DNA of 64,000 nucleotides, from contig OY970296.1 in the NCBI GenBank assembly GCA_963716175.1, positions 3,872,001 through 3,936,000 on the forward strand, given 5' to 3'. The position numbers and the translations under genes are program-made. This document shows, piece after piece, positions 49,526-59,060 of this stretch. Position 1 is the stretch's first letter; every line of letters begins with the position of its first letter. This DNA comes from an uncultured Armatimonadetes bacterium. Its GTDB lineage: Bacteria > Armatimonadota > Hebobacteria > Hebobacterales > Hebobacteraceae. The notes below the pieces were generated by a model that ran no database searches, was not told where the DNA came from, and saw only the letters and a list, made by a program, of their open reading frames with translations.

Positions 49526-50612
49526 CAGCGCCACTGGCATTCTCGCGGAGGTGGTGCGCCTCCAGGCGGCGGGGCGGAAGGGTGTGCTGGCCAGCCCCTT
49601 CTGGTCGCTGGGCTCGGTGCCGGTGAGCGCGTGGGCGAAGCTGCTGATGCGGGACGACGGCTCCACCCTGGGGACGGTAGGGGGAGGAGCGCTGGAGGCC
49701 GAGGTGCTGCGAGCGGCCCCGGAGGTGCTGAGAGAGGGAAGGCCGCGCCTGCTCACCTTCGACCTCACCGCCTCTCAGGCGGCCGACGCCGGCATGATCT
49801 GCGGGGGCCGCTGCGCCATCTTGCTGGAGCCAATCGCACCCGGCAGCGGGGAAGAGGTGTTTGCGGCTGCAGCCAGGGCGGAGGCGGCAGGTGAGCCCAT
49901 CGTGATCGTCACTGTGCTCGACGCAGAGGCGGGCCTCACCAGAATGGCGGTAGGCGCGGGGGGTGCACAGCTCGGGACGACCGGCGAGGCCGCAGCCGAT
50001 GAGGCGCTGGTGAAGGAGGCCCTGGCGGCTTTGGCGGAGGGGCGGCCGCGCCATATCGAGCAGCCTGTGACCGCTCATATCGAACCCCTCCTGCCGCGGC
50101 CTTCTCTCTTCATCTTCGGCGGAGGACACATCGCGCTGCCCGTGGCTCACATGGCCGAGATCATCGGCTTTCGCGTGACGGTGATTGACGACCGGGAGGA
50201 GTTCGCAAACCGGCAGCGCTTCCCGAGCGCAGAGCAGGTGGTGGTGGCAGAGGTGGCCCAGGCCTTCCGCGATCTGCGTGTGGGCAGCGATGGCTACGTG
50301 GTGGCGGTGACGCGAGGGCACTTGATGGACGAGGAGGTAGTAGCCCAGGCTTTGAGGACGCCGGCCCGCTATATCGGCATGATCGGGAGCAAGCGGAAGG
50401 TGGCGGCAGTGTTCGACCGCCTGCGCCACCGCGGGTGCTCCCAGCACGACCTGGCGCGGGTGCACGCTCCCATCGGCCTCCGGATCGGCGCGGATAGCGT
50501 GGAGGAGATCGCGGTCAGCATCCTGGCTGAGCTGATCCAGGAGCGACGCCGGACGGCCGGCGCTACCGAGCCCGGGCCAGCTTCTCACCAGCCGGCACAG
50601 TCGGGTCCGTGA
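49494..50612 (+). CDS. xdhC: XdhC/CoxF Moco insertion chaperone
   Basis: GTVGGG.LE, GMICGG, FGGGH, DDR, YIGMIGS..K, APIGL.IGA...EEIA.SI.AE. Confidence 0.88.
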   Translation: MSVNSGGPIPSSATGILAEVVRLQAAGRKGVLASPFWSLGSVPVSAWAKLLMRDDGSTLGTVGGGALEAEVLRAAPEVLREGRPRLLTFDLTASQAADAGMICGGRCAILLEPIAPGSGEEVFAAAARAEAAGEPIVIVTVLDAEAGLTRMAVGAGGAQLGTTGEAAADEALVKEALAALAEGRPRHIEQPVTAHIEPLLPRPSLFIFGGGHIALPVAHMAEIIGFRVTVIDDREEFANRQRFPSAEQVVVAEVAQAFRDLRVGSDGYVVAVTRGHLMDEEVVAQALRTPARYIGMIGSKRKVAAVFDRLRHRGCSQHDLARVHAPIGLRIGADSVEEIAVSILAELIQERRRTAGATEPGPASHQPAQSGP

Positions 50613-51837
50613 GGTCGGGCGGAGGCAGCGGGCGACGGGCTCCGCGGCCATAGTCCTGGGCCAGCGCCACTCCCCGGTAGTAGTGGCCCAGTATCTGCTG
50701 ATAGCTGATGCCAGCGCGGGCCATCCCGATAGCGCCGTGCTGGGAGAGGCCCACACCTTCCCCCGCGCCATAGCCGGTGATGACGAACCCGTCCTTGCCG
50801 GTGTGGACGCTGACCAGCCGCGTGTCGTGGTCGTAGGACTCGCCGGTATCCTGTCCCGTCAGCCCGAGCACGACCCTGACGTCGTGCGGACGCCAGACCC
50901 TCGCTTCGCCTCTGGCGCCAATGATGTGTAGGTCCATGATGCGACCGGTCTCCCATGGAGAGACTCTCACCTCGCGCACCGCCCCCACCTCTTTTCCGGT
51001 GACGGAGCGGACCCGCTGGCGAATCTGCTCCGCGGTAGCAGTAACGGTCCATTGGTAGCAGTCCGGGTAATGGAGGTCCGCGGCCACCACGTCATAGGGG
51101 GAGGGGACTGGGGTGAGGTACTCGAGCCGATAGCTGCCCGGCCAGGCCTGATCGGTGGGAGCGGTATGCCCGCCGGCGTTGGCGTGGTAGGCGGCGAGGA
51201 TCACCCTCCCGTGGTGGGTGAGCACCTGCCCGCGGGTGCGGCGGACGGCCTGGCTGGCCTGGTTGGTCTCACTGCCCACCCCGCGGTAGACCTGACAGTG
51301 CCCACTGGCGCAGAGATCGAAGCCTTCCTCTTGGTGTCTGTGCTGGACATCCCGGATGTAGAGAGCGAGGGTGCGGGAGGCCACGGCCTGGGCCTCGAGC
51401 GCGCCCGGCTGGGCGAAGATTTCGTTGGGCACTACCCCCTGCAGATAGTCCTCCAGGTCGAGGATGTTGACGACCTGGAGGCGGCGCAACTGCCGCAGCT
51501 CGATCCTGAGCACACCTCGATAGCGCTCACCATCCAGGGAGAGTGGTTGCTCCGGCCAGGTGGGAGAGAGGGAGACCCAGCGTCCGGGCCGCACCGCATC
51601 GCCACCATCTCCGGCCCACGCCAGCTCATCACCACGGGCGGTGATCCTGAGTTCCCCATCAAAGGTACCTCTGTCTCGCTCCCCCTGCCAGTGGCCCTGA
51701 CCGCCGACCAGCAGAGAACCAGGCGCGCTCGGGCCGAAGTAAAGCCCTACCCGGACGGCCTGCGACTTCGCCCGGATGCCGCCAGCCCAAGGGCCGAGCG
51801 CCCATAGCGCGATGAAGAGAGCAAGCGCGGTGCGCAT
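50563..51837 (-). CDS. SpoIID/LytB-domain lytic transglycosylase-like protein
   Basis: YRG, LEDYL.GVVP.E, AQAVA.RT, CQVY.G, G.GVGLSQ.GA, IL.HYY. Confidence 0.88.
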   Translation of the reverse strand: MRTALALFIALWALGPWAGGIRAKSQAVRVGLYFGPSAPGSLLVGGQGHWQGERDRGTFDGELRITARGDELAWAGDGGDAVRPGRWVSLSPTWPEQPLSLDGERYRGVLRIELRQLRRLQVVNILDLEDYLQGVVPNEIFAQPGALEAQAVASRTLALYIRDVQHRHQEEGFDLCASGHCQVYRGVGSETNQASQAVRRTRGQVLTHHGRVILAAYHANAGGHTAPTDQAWPGSYRLEYLTPVPSPYDVVAADLHYPDCYQWTVTATAEQIRQRVRSVTGKEVGAVREVRVSPWETGRIMDLHIIGARGEARVWRPHDVRVVLGLTGQDTGESYDHDTRLVSVHTGKDGFVITGYGAGEGVGLSQHGAIGMARAGISYQQILGHYYRGVALAQDYGRGARRPLPPPDLTDPTVPAGEKLARAR

Positions 51838-51909
51838 CTTTGCTGGCCTACCTGTTGCGATCTGCGGAGAGCATGGGTTTGGGCAACCTCTTGCTGCCAG
51901 AGAGGAGTT

Positions 51910-52314
51910 ATGTTAGAGTTGCGGCGTGGTCAGGTCCTGGCACTTCGGAGGGGTGGGCTGTTGATCTACCTGCTGGCTGGGATTGCGCTTCTGCTCGTGC
52001 TCTGGTACCTGATTGGCGCCGCCTGGGCCGCCTCTATCGCGCAGCATCGCCCGGAGCTGCACGAGGGCGTGCAGCGAGCGCGGTACGGGTGGCGCTGCCC
52101 GAAGTGCGGCGATCTGAAAACACCTGCGTGCAGAGCCGAGAACTGCGGCGGGCCGCTGGTCTGGGTGCAGCGAGATGCCAGGATCAAGTGTGCGCGCTGC
52201 CACCGTTACTTTATTCCACACCCCATGCTGTTTCGGCAGACGCCCAGGCCCCGGCGGGCGCGCTGCCGGCGGTGTGGCTGGATAGGCGTGGTCAGGGAGT
52301 GGAAGATCAGCTAG
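51910..52314 (+). CDS. Hypothetical membrane-anchored multi-zinc-ribbon protein
   Basis: SD GAGGAG; TM helix; CPKC, C....C, CARC, CRRC. Confidence 0.65.
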   Translation: MLELRRGQVLALRRGGLLIYLLAGIALLLVLWYLIGAAWAASIAQHRPELHEGVQRARYGWRCPKCGDLKTPACRAENCGGPLVWVQRDARIKCARCHRYFIPHPMLFRQTPRPRRARCRRCGWIGVVREWKIS

Positions 52315-52378
52315 ACCCCGTCTCGCAAGCTGGCCCTGACCCGTTGGGCAGGAGCTTGCTCCTGCCACCGCGCAGGAC

Positions 52379-53347
52379 CTACGCGGTTCTGGCCAGAGTC
52401 ATCCAGGTATACTTGGGCTGGAACCCGAGGGCACGGTGATAGAGGTTCCAGGCCGCCTGATTGTCCCGGTAGACGTGGAGATGGGCCGCCTCCGCGCCGT
52501 CCGCCCGCGCAGCTTCCAGCGCCAGGATCATGATCAGCTTCCCCAGGCCCAGGCCCCGCCAGGTCTTAGCCACCTGCACCCCGGTGATGCCGTAGAGCCG
52601 CCGCCGGTAGGCGCGAGCGTATTCCGGCCATAGCCCGTACGCGGCAGTGGCGATAGTGTCGAGACCCCAGGCCAGATCCACCACTTGTCGCGGAGGAAAG
52701 AACGCAGAGGTGACCTCCCGCCAGCGGACCCGAAGGTCAATGCCGCGGTGGCGCTGCCGGAGCCGAGTCGCCTCCTGGCGGAGCAGCTCAAGGTGGCCGC
52801 GATCGGATAGGTCCAGCTCGGGAGTGGCGTAGTGAGCGATGGGCGCAAAGCCTCGCTCGGCCGCGACCTCTAGCAGGTCGCTCCGGGTGGCGGACAGGCC
52901 GGGCATCTCGTACCCGCCGGCGATGCCGTTGTAGAAGGGCTGGGTGGCCTGCACCCAGCTTGGGGAGAGCAGCACGCGGCGAGCGCCGGCCTGAGAGAGG
53001 CGCTCGATCGCGGTGTCGAGGAGCAAAGATAGCAGGGCACGATCAGAGGGCGGGGCCACCAAGGCCCAGATCTGCCCCTCGGAGCGGTTGGCCTGCCGCT
53101 CGCCCAGGGTGAACCAGAAGTTGGTCATGGGTCCGAAGTGGACGAAGCCGACAACACGCTCTCCCTCCACCGCTGCCACTAGGCACCCCGGGTCGAAGGA
53201 GGGCTGACGGATCACCCGGGCCTGGAGGTCCTCCCCTGTCAGCGGGATGAAGTTGGGCCCGCCGGCGAAGGTCTGGTTCCAGACCCCAACCAGGCCCTCC
53301 AGGTGGGTCGAGTGATAAGTGCGCAGGGCTATCACGCCGATCATCAA
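52379..53347 (-). CDS. Tandem GNAT acetyltransferase
   Basis: VVGFV; V...WRGLGLGK, N.AA..LY...GF. Confidence 0.8.
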   Translation of the reverse strand: MMIGVIALRTYHSTHLEGLVGVWNQTFAGGPNFIPLTGEDLQARVIRQPSFDPGCLVAAVEGERVVGFVHFGPMTNFWFTLGERQANRSEGQIWALVAPPSDRALLSLLLDTAIERLSQAGARRVLLSPSWVQATQPFYNGIAGGYEMPGLSATRSDLLEVAAERGFAPIAHYATPELDLSDRGHLELLRQEATRLRQRHRGIDLRVRWREVTSAFFPPRQVVDLAWGLDTIATAAYGLWPEYARAYRRRLYGITGVQVAKTWRGLGLGKLIMILALEAARADGAEAAHLHVYRDNQAAWNLYHRALGFQPKYTWMTLARTA

Positions 53348-53429
53348 CTCCGCGGGTGGAATGTGGGCGATGCCATTCGCTGAGGCGGGGCGCGGTCCCT
53401 TCGGCTCCGCTCAGGGCGGGTCGGCTGGC

Positions 53430-53458
53430 TTGACAGGGCCCAGAAGATGCCATAACCT
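53430..53458 (+). promoter_or_regulatory. sigma70-type promoter
   Basis: TTGACA-17nt-TAACCT, 9 nt before ATG 53468. Confidence 0.5.
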
Positions 53459-53467
53459 AGAAATCTG

Positions 53468-54817
53468 ATGTCGTCGCATTCCCGGCGCATAAGGACCCAT
53501 AGCTTGAGACGCTGCCTCATGGTGGCGCTGTCCCTGGCCCTGCTCCTCCCCTTGCCCTCCGGCCTGGCAAGGGCCGCGGCCGGGCCCGATGAGGTGACAC
53601 TGGGGAAACAGGTGGTGGCCGAGGTGCGCCCCCTGGGTCTAACCACGGATGCCTCCCTCAGCGCGCTCGGCAAAAGGCTTACGGGAGTGGTCAAGCGGAG
53701 GGAACTGCCGTGGCGGTTCTGGGTGGTGGAGGACATGAAGGAGTATAACGCGTTTGCGGCCCCCGGGGGCTTCGTCTTCATCACCCGCTCCTACTACGAG
53801 AAGCTGAATGACGATGAGACCGCCTTCGTGCTGGGCCACGAGATGGCCCACATTGACCTGCGCCACTACGAGAAGCAGATGAGCCGGGAGAGGCGAGCCA
53901 ACCTGGGTAACCTGGCGCTCAAGATTCTGACCGGCGGCTCCCAGGGCTGGGGGACGGCGGCGGACCTGGGGGCGACGGCCTACGTCACTCACTACAGCCG
54001 GGTGCTCGAGCGAGAGGCGGACTTCACGGGGTACCGGTACGCGGAAGCGGCCGGATATGACGCCAACGCCGCGGTGAGCGCGTTGAGCAAGCTGGGGAAG
54101 GAGCCGGGCTTGCACCCGTGGATCACCAACATCTACGCCACCCACCCCATCCTGTCCAGCCGCGAGGATCAACTCGCAGCTCTGGGAGGCAAGGAGCCCG
54201 AGCAGATCGAGAAGCGGCCAGCCGCGGCCAGCCACAAGCGGGATCTCACCGCGGGGCTGGCGCCTTTCGACCCACCGCGGCCCATCGCGGTGCGGATTCT
54301 GGGAGCGGACGGCAAGCGCTGGGAGAATCGCTGGCGGAAGAGCTTCACGCATCAGCTCCACGTTCACCTGCTTCCTCTCGGTTTCAAGATCGCGGGAGAC
54401 GATCTCATGTACAGGCCCGACATCGGCAACCCGGTGGCAGCGGCGAGAAGCCGGCAGGCATCTTACCTCCTGCTGGTGACGGTGAACGAGATGAAGAGCG
54501 ACGCCAAGGGGACGGAGGGACCGGCCGGCACACCGGTGCAAGCAAGGGTGGAGGTGGGGGCGAAGCTGGTGGAGGTGGCCACCGGCGAACAGATTGGCGG
54601 CGAGCCGCGATTCGCGGATGGGAAGCAGGGGGTGGATGTGCTGCCGGCCGACCCGGATGCCCTGTACGCGGACACGGCGGTGGGAGAGCTGGCAGACGCG
54701 GCGGCCGGGCGGATCGCGGTGGCCTGTGCCAGATCCCTGGGCGCGAAGCCGGCGCCGCCCGAGGCGGCAAAGGCCCCAGCATCGGACGACAAGGCGGGCG
54801 CGAGCAATCCGAAGTGA
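53468..54817 (+). CDS. Exported M48 zinc metallopeptidase (BepA-like) with extra C-terminal domain
   Basis: NAFAAPGG, GHEMAH, YSR..E.EAD, THP. Confidence 0.88.
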   Translation: MSSHSRRIRTHSLRRCLMVALSLALLLPLPSGLARAAAGPDEVTLGKQVVAEVRPLGLTTDASLSALGKRLTGVVKRRELPWRFWVVEDMKEYNAFAAPGGFVFITRSYYEKLNDDETAFVLGHEMAHIDLRHYEKQMSRERRANLGNLALKILTGGSQGWGTAADLGATAYVTHYSRVLEREADFTGYRYAEAAGYDANAAVSALSKLGKEPGLHPWITNIYATHPILSSREDQLAALGGKEPEQIEKRPAAASHKRDLTAGLAPFDPPRPIAVRILGADGKRWENRWRKSFTHQLHVHLLPLGFKIAGDDLMYRPDIGNPVAAARSRQASYLLLVTVNEMKSDAKGTEGPAGTPVQARVEVGAKLVEVATGEQIGGEPRFADGKQGVDVLPADPDALYADTAVGELADAAAGRIAVACARSLGAKPAPPEAAKAPASDDKAGASNPK

Positions 54818-54933
54818 CGGGCCGAGAACGGGTCCGCTGCCCGACCCCCTGACGTTCCCTCTGGTCTCTGCCGCGTCTGCGTCGGCGAGGAGTTCATTCA
54901 GTCACGCAGAACCTGTCGCTTCACCACATCAAC

Positions 54934-54965
54934 GGGTTTCGCTGGATGAAGTAAGGGCGAAACCC
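54934..54965. repeat. TCGC/GAAGTAA/GCGA hairpin copy
   Basis: gggtttcgc-tggatgaagtaagg-gcgaaaccc. Confidence 0.7.
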
Positions 54966-55046
54966 CTCAGGGCGCCTCCGAGACTGCACCAGAGGCCCTG
55001 CGCACATCGCTCTGATATGCGCAGAGCGGTCGGAGAAAGGAACGGC

Positions 55047-56072
55047 ATGGCCAAGAAACGTTTCGCGCTGATCGGGGCCGGCGTGTTCGGGGAGATGCAC
55101 GCCAGGGCCTACAGCAGTTACCCCGGGGTCGAGTTCGCGGTCGTCTGCGACCTGAACCGGGACCGGGCGAAGGCAATCGCGTCGAAGTACGGGGCCGGGC
55201 GGTTCTGCACCGACTGGCGCGAGGTGGCGCTGGACGCCGGGATTGATGCCGCCTCCGTGGCCACGCCTGATTTCGCGCATACCGAAATCGCGGTGGCGTT
55301 GGCGCGAGCCGGCAAGCACCTCCTGGTGGAGAAGCCGATGGCCACCACCGTGCCCGAGTGCGAGCAGATCCTGGCGGCGGCGAAGGAAGGACGGGTCAAG
55401 CTGATGGTGGATTTCCACAACCGATGGAACCCACCATTGTACGAAGCCCACCGCATGCTGCGGGCCGGAGAGCTGGGGTCGCCGCGGTTCATCTCGTTTC
55501 GACTGAGCGATACTACCTACGTGCCGCGGGAGATGATCGGCTGGGCCGACCGGTCCTCGGTGCTGTGGTTTCTGGGCAGCCACGCCATTGACATGGTGTG
55601 CTGGCTGGTGGGCGAGTGGCCCCACCGGGTGTACAGCGTCTCGCGCCGCACCACGCTGAAGGAACAGGGAGTTGACACGCCTGACTTCTTCCAGAGCACC
55701 CTGGAGTTCCCGGGCGGAGCGGTGGCCTCGATCGAGAACTCCTGGCTGCTGCCCCCCACCGCCCCCACTGTGTTCGACATGAAGTGCCAGGTTCAGGGGT
55801 CGGAGGGAACTGTGTTCATTGACGCCTCCTCCAATCGCACCATGGCGGTGGAGGGGAAGCAGAGATACTCCTACCTGGAGGTGGCGGGAGCGCCCAACCT
55901 GTACGGGAAGCAGCGAGGCTTCCTGGTGGAGAGCATCCTGCACTTCGCGGACTGCGTGCTGCACGATCAAGAGCCGCTCGTGCCTGGAGAGGTGGGCCTG
56001 GAGGTGACCCGGGTGGCGTGCGCAATAGAGGAGTCCGCCCGGATCGGGCAGCCGGTGGAGGTAAAGCGGTGA
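55047..56072 (+). CDS. Gfo/Idh/MocA oxidoreductase
   Basis: IGAG..G, ATPDFAH, GKHLLVEKP, SH.ID. Confidence 0.9.
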   Translation: MAKKRFALIGAGVFGEMHARAYSSYPGVEFAVVCDLNRDRAKAIASKYGAGRFCTDWREVALDAGIDAASVATPDFAHTEIAVALARAGKHLLVEKPMATTVPECEQILAAAKEGRVKLMVDFHNRWNPPLYEAHRMLRAGELGSPRFISFRLSDTTYVPREMIGWADRSSVLWFLGSHAIDMVCWLVGEWPHRVYSVSRRTTLKEQGVDTPDFFQSTLEFPGGAVASIENSWLLPPTAPTVFDMKCQVQGSEGTVFIDASSNRTMAVEGKQRYSYLEVAGAPNLYGKQRGFLVESILHFADCVLHDQEPLVPGEVGLEVTRVACAIEESARIGQPVEVKR

Positions 56073-56761
56073 GCAGGACCGCGCCAGAGCGGGCCAAGAT
56101 CAAGGTCTCCAGCCGGGGCCGCAACAAACGGGTCTATGCGGAGGTTGGCGGAAAGGATGTCAGCCATTTCCACATCCTCCCGAGGCGAGTCCGGGTGGGG
56201 CCAGCAGCGGAAGTGGTGATGGCCGGGATCGGAGGCGTGGGCACAGAACGCCAGTTTCGCAGGAGGGGATTGGCGCGCCAGGTCTGCCGCCGCGCGATGG
56301 AGGAGATCACCAGAGACGGTTACTCCTGCGCGGGCCTGTTCACGGGAACGGGCATCGTTGCCCATCGCCTCTATCGGCGGTTCGGATATGTGGACATCGC
56401 TGTCCATAGGCACGCGATGAAGCTGCTGAATCCCCAGGCGGTGGTGCGCAAGGCCTTCTCTCTCCTGGCTGAGAGCAAAGAGATCGCCGATTGGCGAGGG
56501 AGAGTGAGAGTTGATCTGCACGGCTACCCGCCGGTCTACCTGCACTTCGCGCGAGGAGAGGTGAGAGCCTCCCCGCGACGCTTGAGGCAAGTGGATCTGG
56601 CCCTCACTCTGTCCCACACCACCCTGCGTCTGCTGAGCTGGGGAGGCATGACGCTCGAGTATGCGGAGGCCGCGAACCTGCTGCACTGGAGCGGCGACGG
56701 CGAGGCCTGGCAGAGGTGGCTGCGGGCAGCGTCGAGCGCGCGCGGCAGGTTCCACGAGTGA
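56069..56761 (+). CDS. GNAT acetyltransferase with SCP2-like C-terminus
   Basis: GIGGVGT...FRRRGLA, LYRRFGY. Confidence 0.78.
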   Translation: MSRTAPERAKIKVSSRGRNKRVYAEVGGKDVSHFHILPRRVRVGPAAEVVMAGIGGVGTERQFRRRGLARQVCRRAMEEITRDGYSCAGLFTGTGIVAHRLYRRFGYVDIAVHRHAMKLLNPQAVVRKAFSLLAESKEIADWRGRVRVDLHGYPPVYLHFARGEVRASPRRLRQVDLALTLSHTTLRLLSWGGMTLEYAEAANLLHWSGDGEAWQRWLRAASSARGRFHE

Positions 56762-57705
56762 TGCGGACCATGCCGGCCACCAGGAAACGGCCTCCGGGCG
56801 CAGGTGTTGCCTCGCAACTCACGCATCGTAGGGCAGGTCCGCGACCTGCCCTGCTCAACGTCCGCATCCGCAGCTTCCGACAGGGCGATGAGGAAGCGAT
56901 CGCGGCGCTGTTCAACCAGTATGTAGCCCAGTCTGTGGGGCCGTCACTGGTGACGCCGCGGTCCTGGCGGGACCAGTACCGGCATCACGGGTGGAGCGGC
57001 CCTTCGCTCGATGCGGATAGAGACTGCGTACGCGTGGCCTTGCGCGGGGGCGAGATCATCGGATACCTGGTGGTGGATTTCGAGTACATCTGGGATTCGG
57101 ATGTGGCAGTGGTACAGGAGCTGTGTATCGCCGAGGGGGAGCAGGCGGACGAACTCGCCCGGCAACTGCTGGAGGATGCGGAACGGCAGGCCGGCTCCCG
57201 GGGCAAGCACGTGTTGATGCTCGCGCTGTCCAACGAAGACGGCCACGCGCTGCGGGCAGCTGCGGCCCTCGGCTTCGACGGGTCGGAGGACGGCGGAGAC
57301 GTGTTCATGGCCGCGATCACCAATCTGGCCGCATTCCTGCGGCAAATCGCGCCGGAGCTGACGCGGCGGATGCAGGCGAGCCGCTTCCGCGCTTGGCGAG
57401 GGACCATCCACCTCCGCAGCGGCGAGATGGAGGCCGGCCTCCGGCTGCAGGAGGGAGCAGTGGAGGCGGTTCGGGTGAGAGGGACGGCGGACCTGTCGGC
57501 GAGCATCCACCCAGAGGCCCTGCCCTCGCTGCTGTTCGGGCAGCTGTCAGTGGCCCGGGCCTTCCTGCAAGATCGGCTTTCGGTGAGCCAGAGCGAGGGC
57601 AGCGAGCAAGCTGCCCAACACGCCAATCGCACCCAGGCCTTGCAGCTACTGGACGCGCTCTTCCCCAGAGTGCCGCTCTACATGCCGCGGGCGCAGTGGT
57701 GGTGA
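56761..57705 (+). CDS. Eis-like GNAT/SCP2 protein with REP-derived N-terminal segment
   Basis: IRSF..GD...I..L, IIGY, ALPSLLFG, LL.ALFP; start position uncertain. Confidence 0.65.
   Translation: MRTMPATRKRPPGAGVASQLTHRRAGPRPALLNVRIRSFRQGDEEAIAALFNQYVAQSVGPSLVTPRSWRDQYRHHGWSGPSLDADRDCVRVALRGGEIIGYLVVDFEYIWDSDVAVVQELCIAEGEQADELARQLLEDAERQAGSRGKHVLMLALSNEDGHALRAAAALGFDGSEDGGDVFMAAITNLAAFLRQIAPELTRRMQASRFRAWRGTIHLRSGEMEAGLRLQEGAVEAVRVRGTADLSASIHPEALPSLLFGQLSVARAFLQDRLSVSQSEGSEQAAQHANRTQALQLLDALFPRVPLYMPRAQWW
56828..56851 (+). repeat. GTAG REP inside ORF
   Basis: Exact gtagggcaggtccgcgacctgccc, read as RRAGPRPA. Confidence 0.85.
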
Positions 57706-57819
57706 GGTCAGGCGGACCGGCCTGTAGGGCGGGTATCCGGCCGCCGACGATTGCGCGGAGGTTCCCCCGTACCGGAGTTGCTCCTTACCAAGCGTGAACT
57801 CATAGCACGGGCCTCCGGC

Positions 57820-57849
57820 TTGACTTCAGGCAGTCGCGAATCGTACAAT
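57820..57849 (+). promoter_or_regulatory. sigma70-type promoter of the efp operon
   Basis: TTGACT-18nt-TACAAT. Confidence 0.55.
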
Positions 57850-57867
57850 CGGGAGGCAACAGAGGCT

Positions 57868-57926
57868 GCAGGGCGGGCGTACCCACGCCCGCCAGTGGCG
57901 GGCATGTCTCCCCATGCCCGTCCTAC
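57868..57926. repeat. Inverted REP pair in the efp leader
   Basis: gcagggcgggcgtacccacgcccgcc...ggcgggcatgtctccccatgcccgtcctac. Confidence 0.7.
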
Positions 57927-57940
57927 AATGAGGAGTGACG

Positions 57941-58501
57941 GTGGCGATCAGCACGGGCGACTTCCGCACCGGTCTCACCATCGAGACCGACGGCGGGATC
58001 TTCCAGATCATCGAGTTTCAGCACGTCAAGCCAGGCAAAGGCGGGGCGTTCGTGCGCACCAGGCTGCGCAACCTTCGCACTGGGGCCGTGGTAGATAAGA
58101 CCTTCCGGGCAGGCGAGCGCATGGAGCCGGCGGTGATCGAGCGGCGGCCCATGCAGTTTCTCTACCGGGCCGGAGATGACTACGTGTTCATGGACACTGA
58201 GTCCTTCGACCAGATCAGCCTGTCGTCGCAGGTGGTAGGGGAAGGGGTGAGGTATCTCAAGCCCGACACCCAAGTGCTGGTGATGAGGTTCGAGGATGAG
58301 GTGTTGGGGGTGGAGCTGCCCAACACCATGGATCTGGTGGTGGCCCAGACGGACCCGGGCCTCCGAGGCGATACCGCCACCGGCGGCAGCAAGCCGGCCA
58401 CCCTGGAGACCGGGGCGGTGGTGAACGTCCCACTCTTCGTCAACCAAGGCGACGCGGTGCGCATTGACACGCGGACGGGCAAGTACCTGGAGCGGGCCTA
58501 G
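57941..58501 (+). CDS. efp: Elongation factor P
   Basis: [34 protein letters not shown]. Confidence 0.97.
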   Translation: MAISTGDFRTGLTIETDGGIFQIIEFQHVKPGKGGAFVRTRLRNLRTGAVVDKTFRAGERMEPAVIERRPMQFLYRAGDDYVFMDTESFDQISLSSQVVGEGVRYLKPDTQVLVMRFEDEVLGVELPNTMDLVVAQTDPGLRGDTATGGSKPATLETGAVVNVPLFVNQGDAVRIDTRTGKYLERA

Positions 58502-58527
58502 GGGTTTGTCCGAAGGAGGCGCCACTG

Positions 58528-58585
58528 GAGGGCGGGCGTACCCACGCCCGCCAGCCGCGGGTATGCAGACGCATGCCCGCCCTGC
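58528..58585. repeat. Inverted REP pair between efp and accB
   Basis: agggcgggcgtacccacgcccgccag identical to the copy at 57870; degenerate partner gcatgcccgccctgc. Confidence 0.7.
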
Positions 58586-58603
58586 AAGGCGAGGGAGGCA
58601 AGC

Positions 58604-59060
58604 ATGGACCTGGAGCAGATCGAGGAGCTGGTCGAACTCATGCGCCGGTCGGGCGTGACCGAACTCTCCCTGGAGCTGCCCGACTACAAGATCAGCATCA
58701 AGCGCGGCGCGGAGGGGGAGAGCATCACGGCGTCGCCGGCGGCCGATGTTGCAGCCAGGCCGGGCGAGCACGAGCAGGCGCGGGAGGAGGCAGAGCTGGC
58801 CGAGGCCTTGCCGGTGGTGTCGCCGGTGGTGGGAGTGTTTCATAACGGCGGCATGGCAGGGCCGCGAGAGCTGGTGAAGGAAGGGGACCGGGTGGAGAGG
58901 GGCCAACTGCTGGCGGCGATCGAGGCCATGAAGGTCCCCAATGAGCTGCGGGCCCCAGTCAGCGGGCTGGTCTGGCGACTGCTGGTGCAAGATGGGGCGG
59001 CGGTGGAGTATGGCCAGACCCTATTCCTGATCCATCCCGAAGAGGGGGGGAAGCCAATGA
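58604..59060 (+). CDS. accB: Biotin carboxyl carrier protein (stop codon apparently lost at a G7 run)
   Basis: MDL..I.EL, SPVVG.F, IEAMK, VEYGQ.LF.I. Confidence 0.88.

Noticed and set aside
27046-51742. GAAGTAA at about 27046 and 51736 (and TTACTTC in groEL) as members of the hairpin family
   Set aside because: They lie inside coding sequence and lack the TCGC/GCGA stem.
54934-54965. Hammerhead ribozyme (ctggatga...gaaa)
   Set aside because: The core is CUGGAUGA rather than CUGANGA and there is no room for stem I. CTGATGA next to the 5235 and 25693 hairpins has no GAAA partner.
19530-56851. CRISPR array from the identical 24-mers
   Set aside because: Copies are dispersed over tens of kb in both orientations, with no regular spacers and no cas genes.
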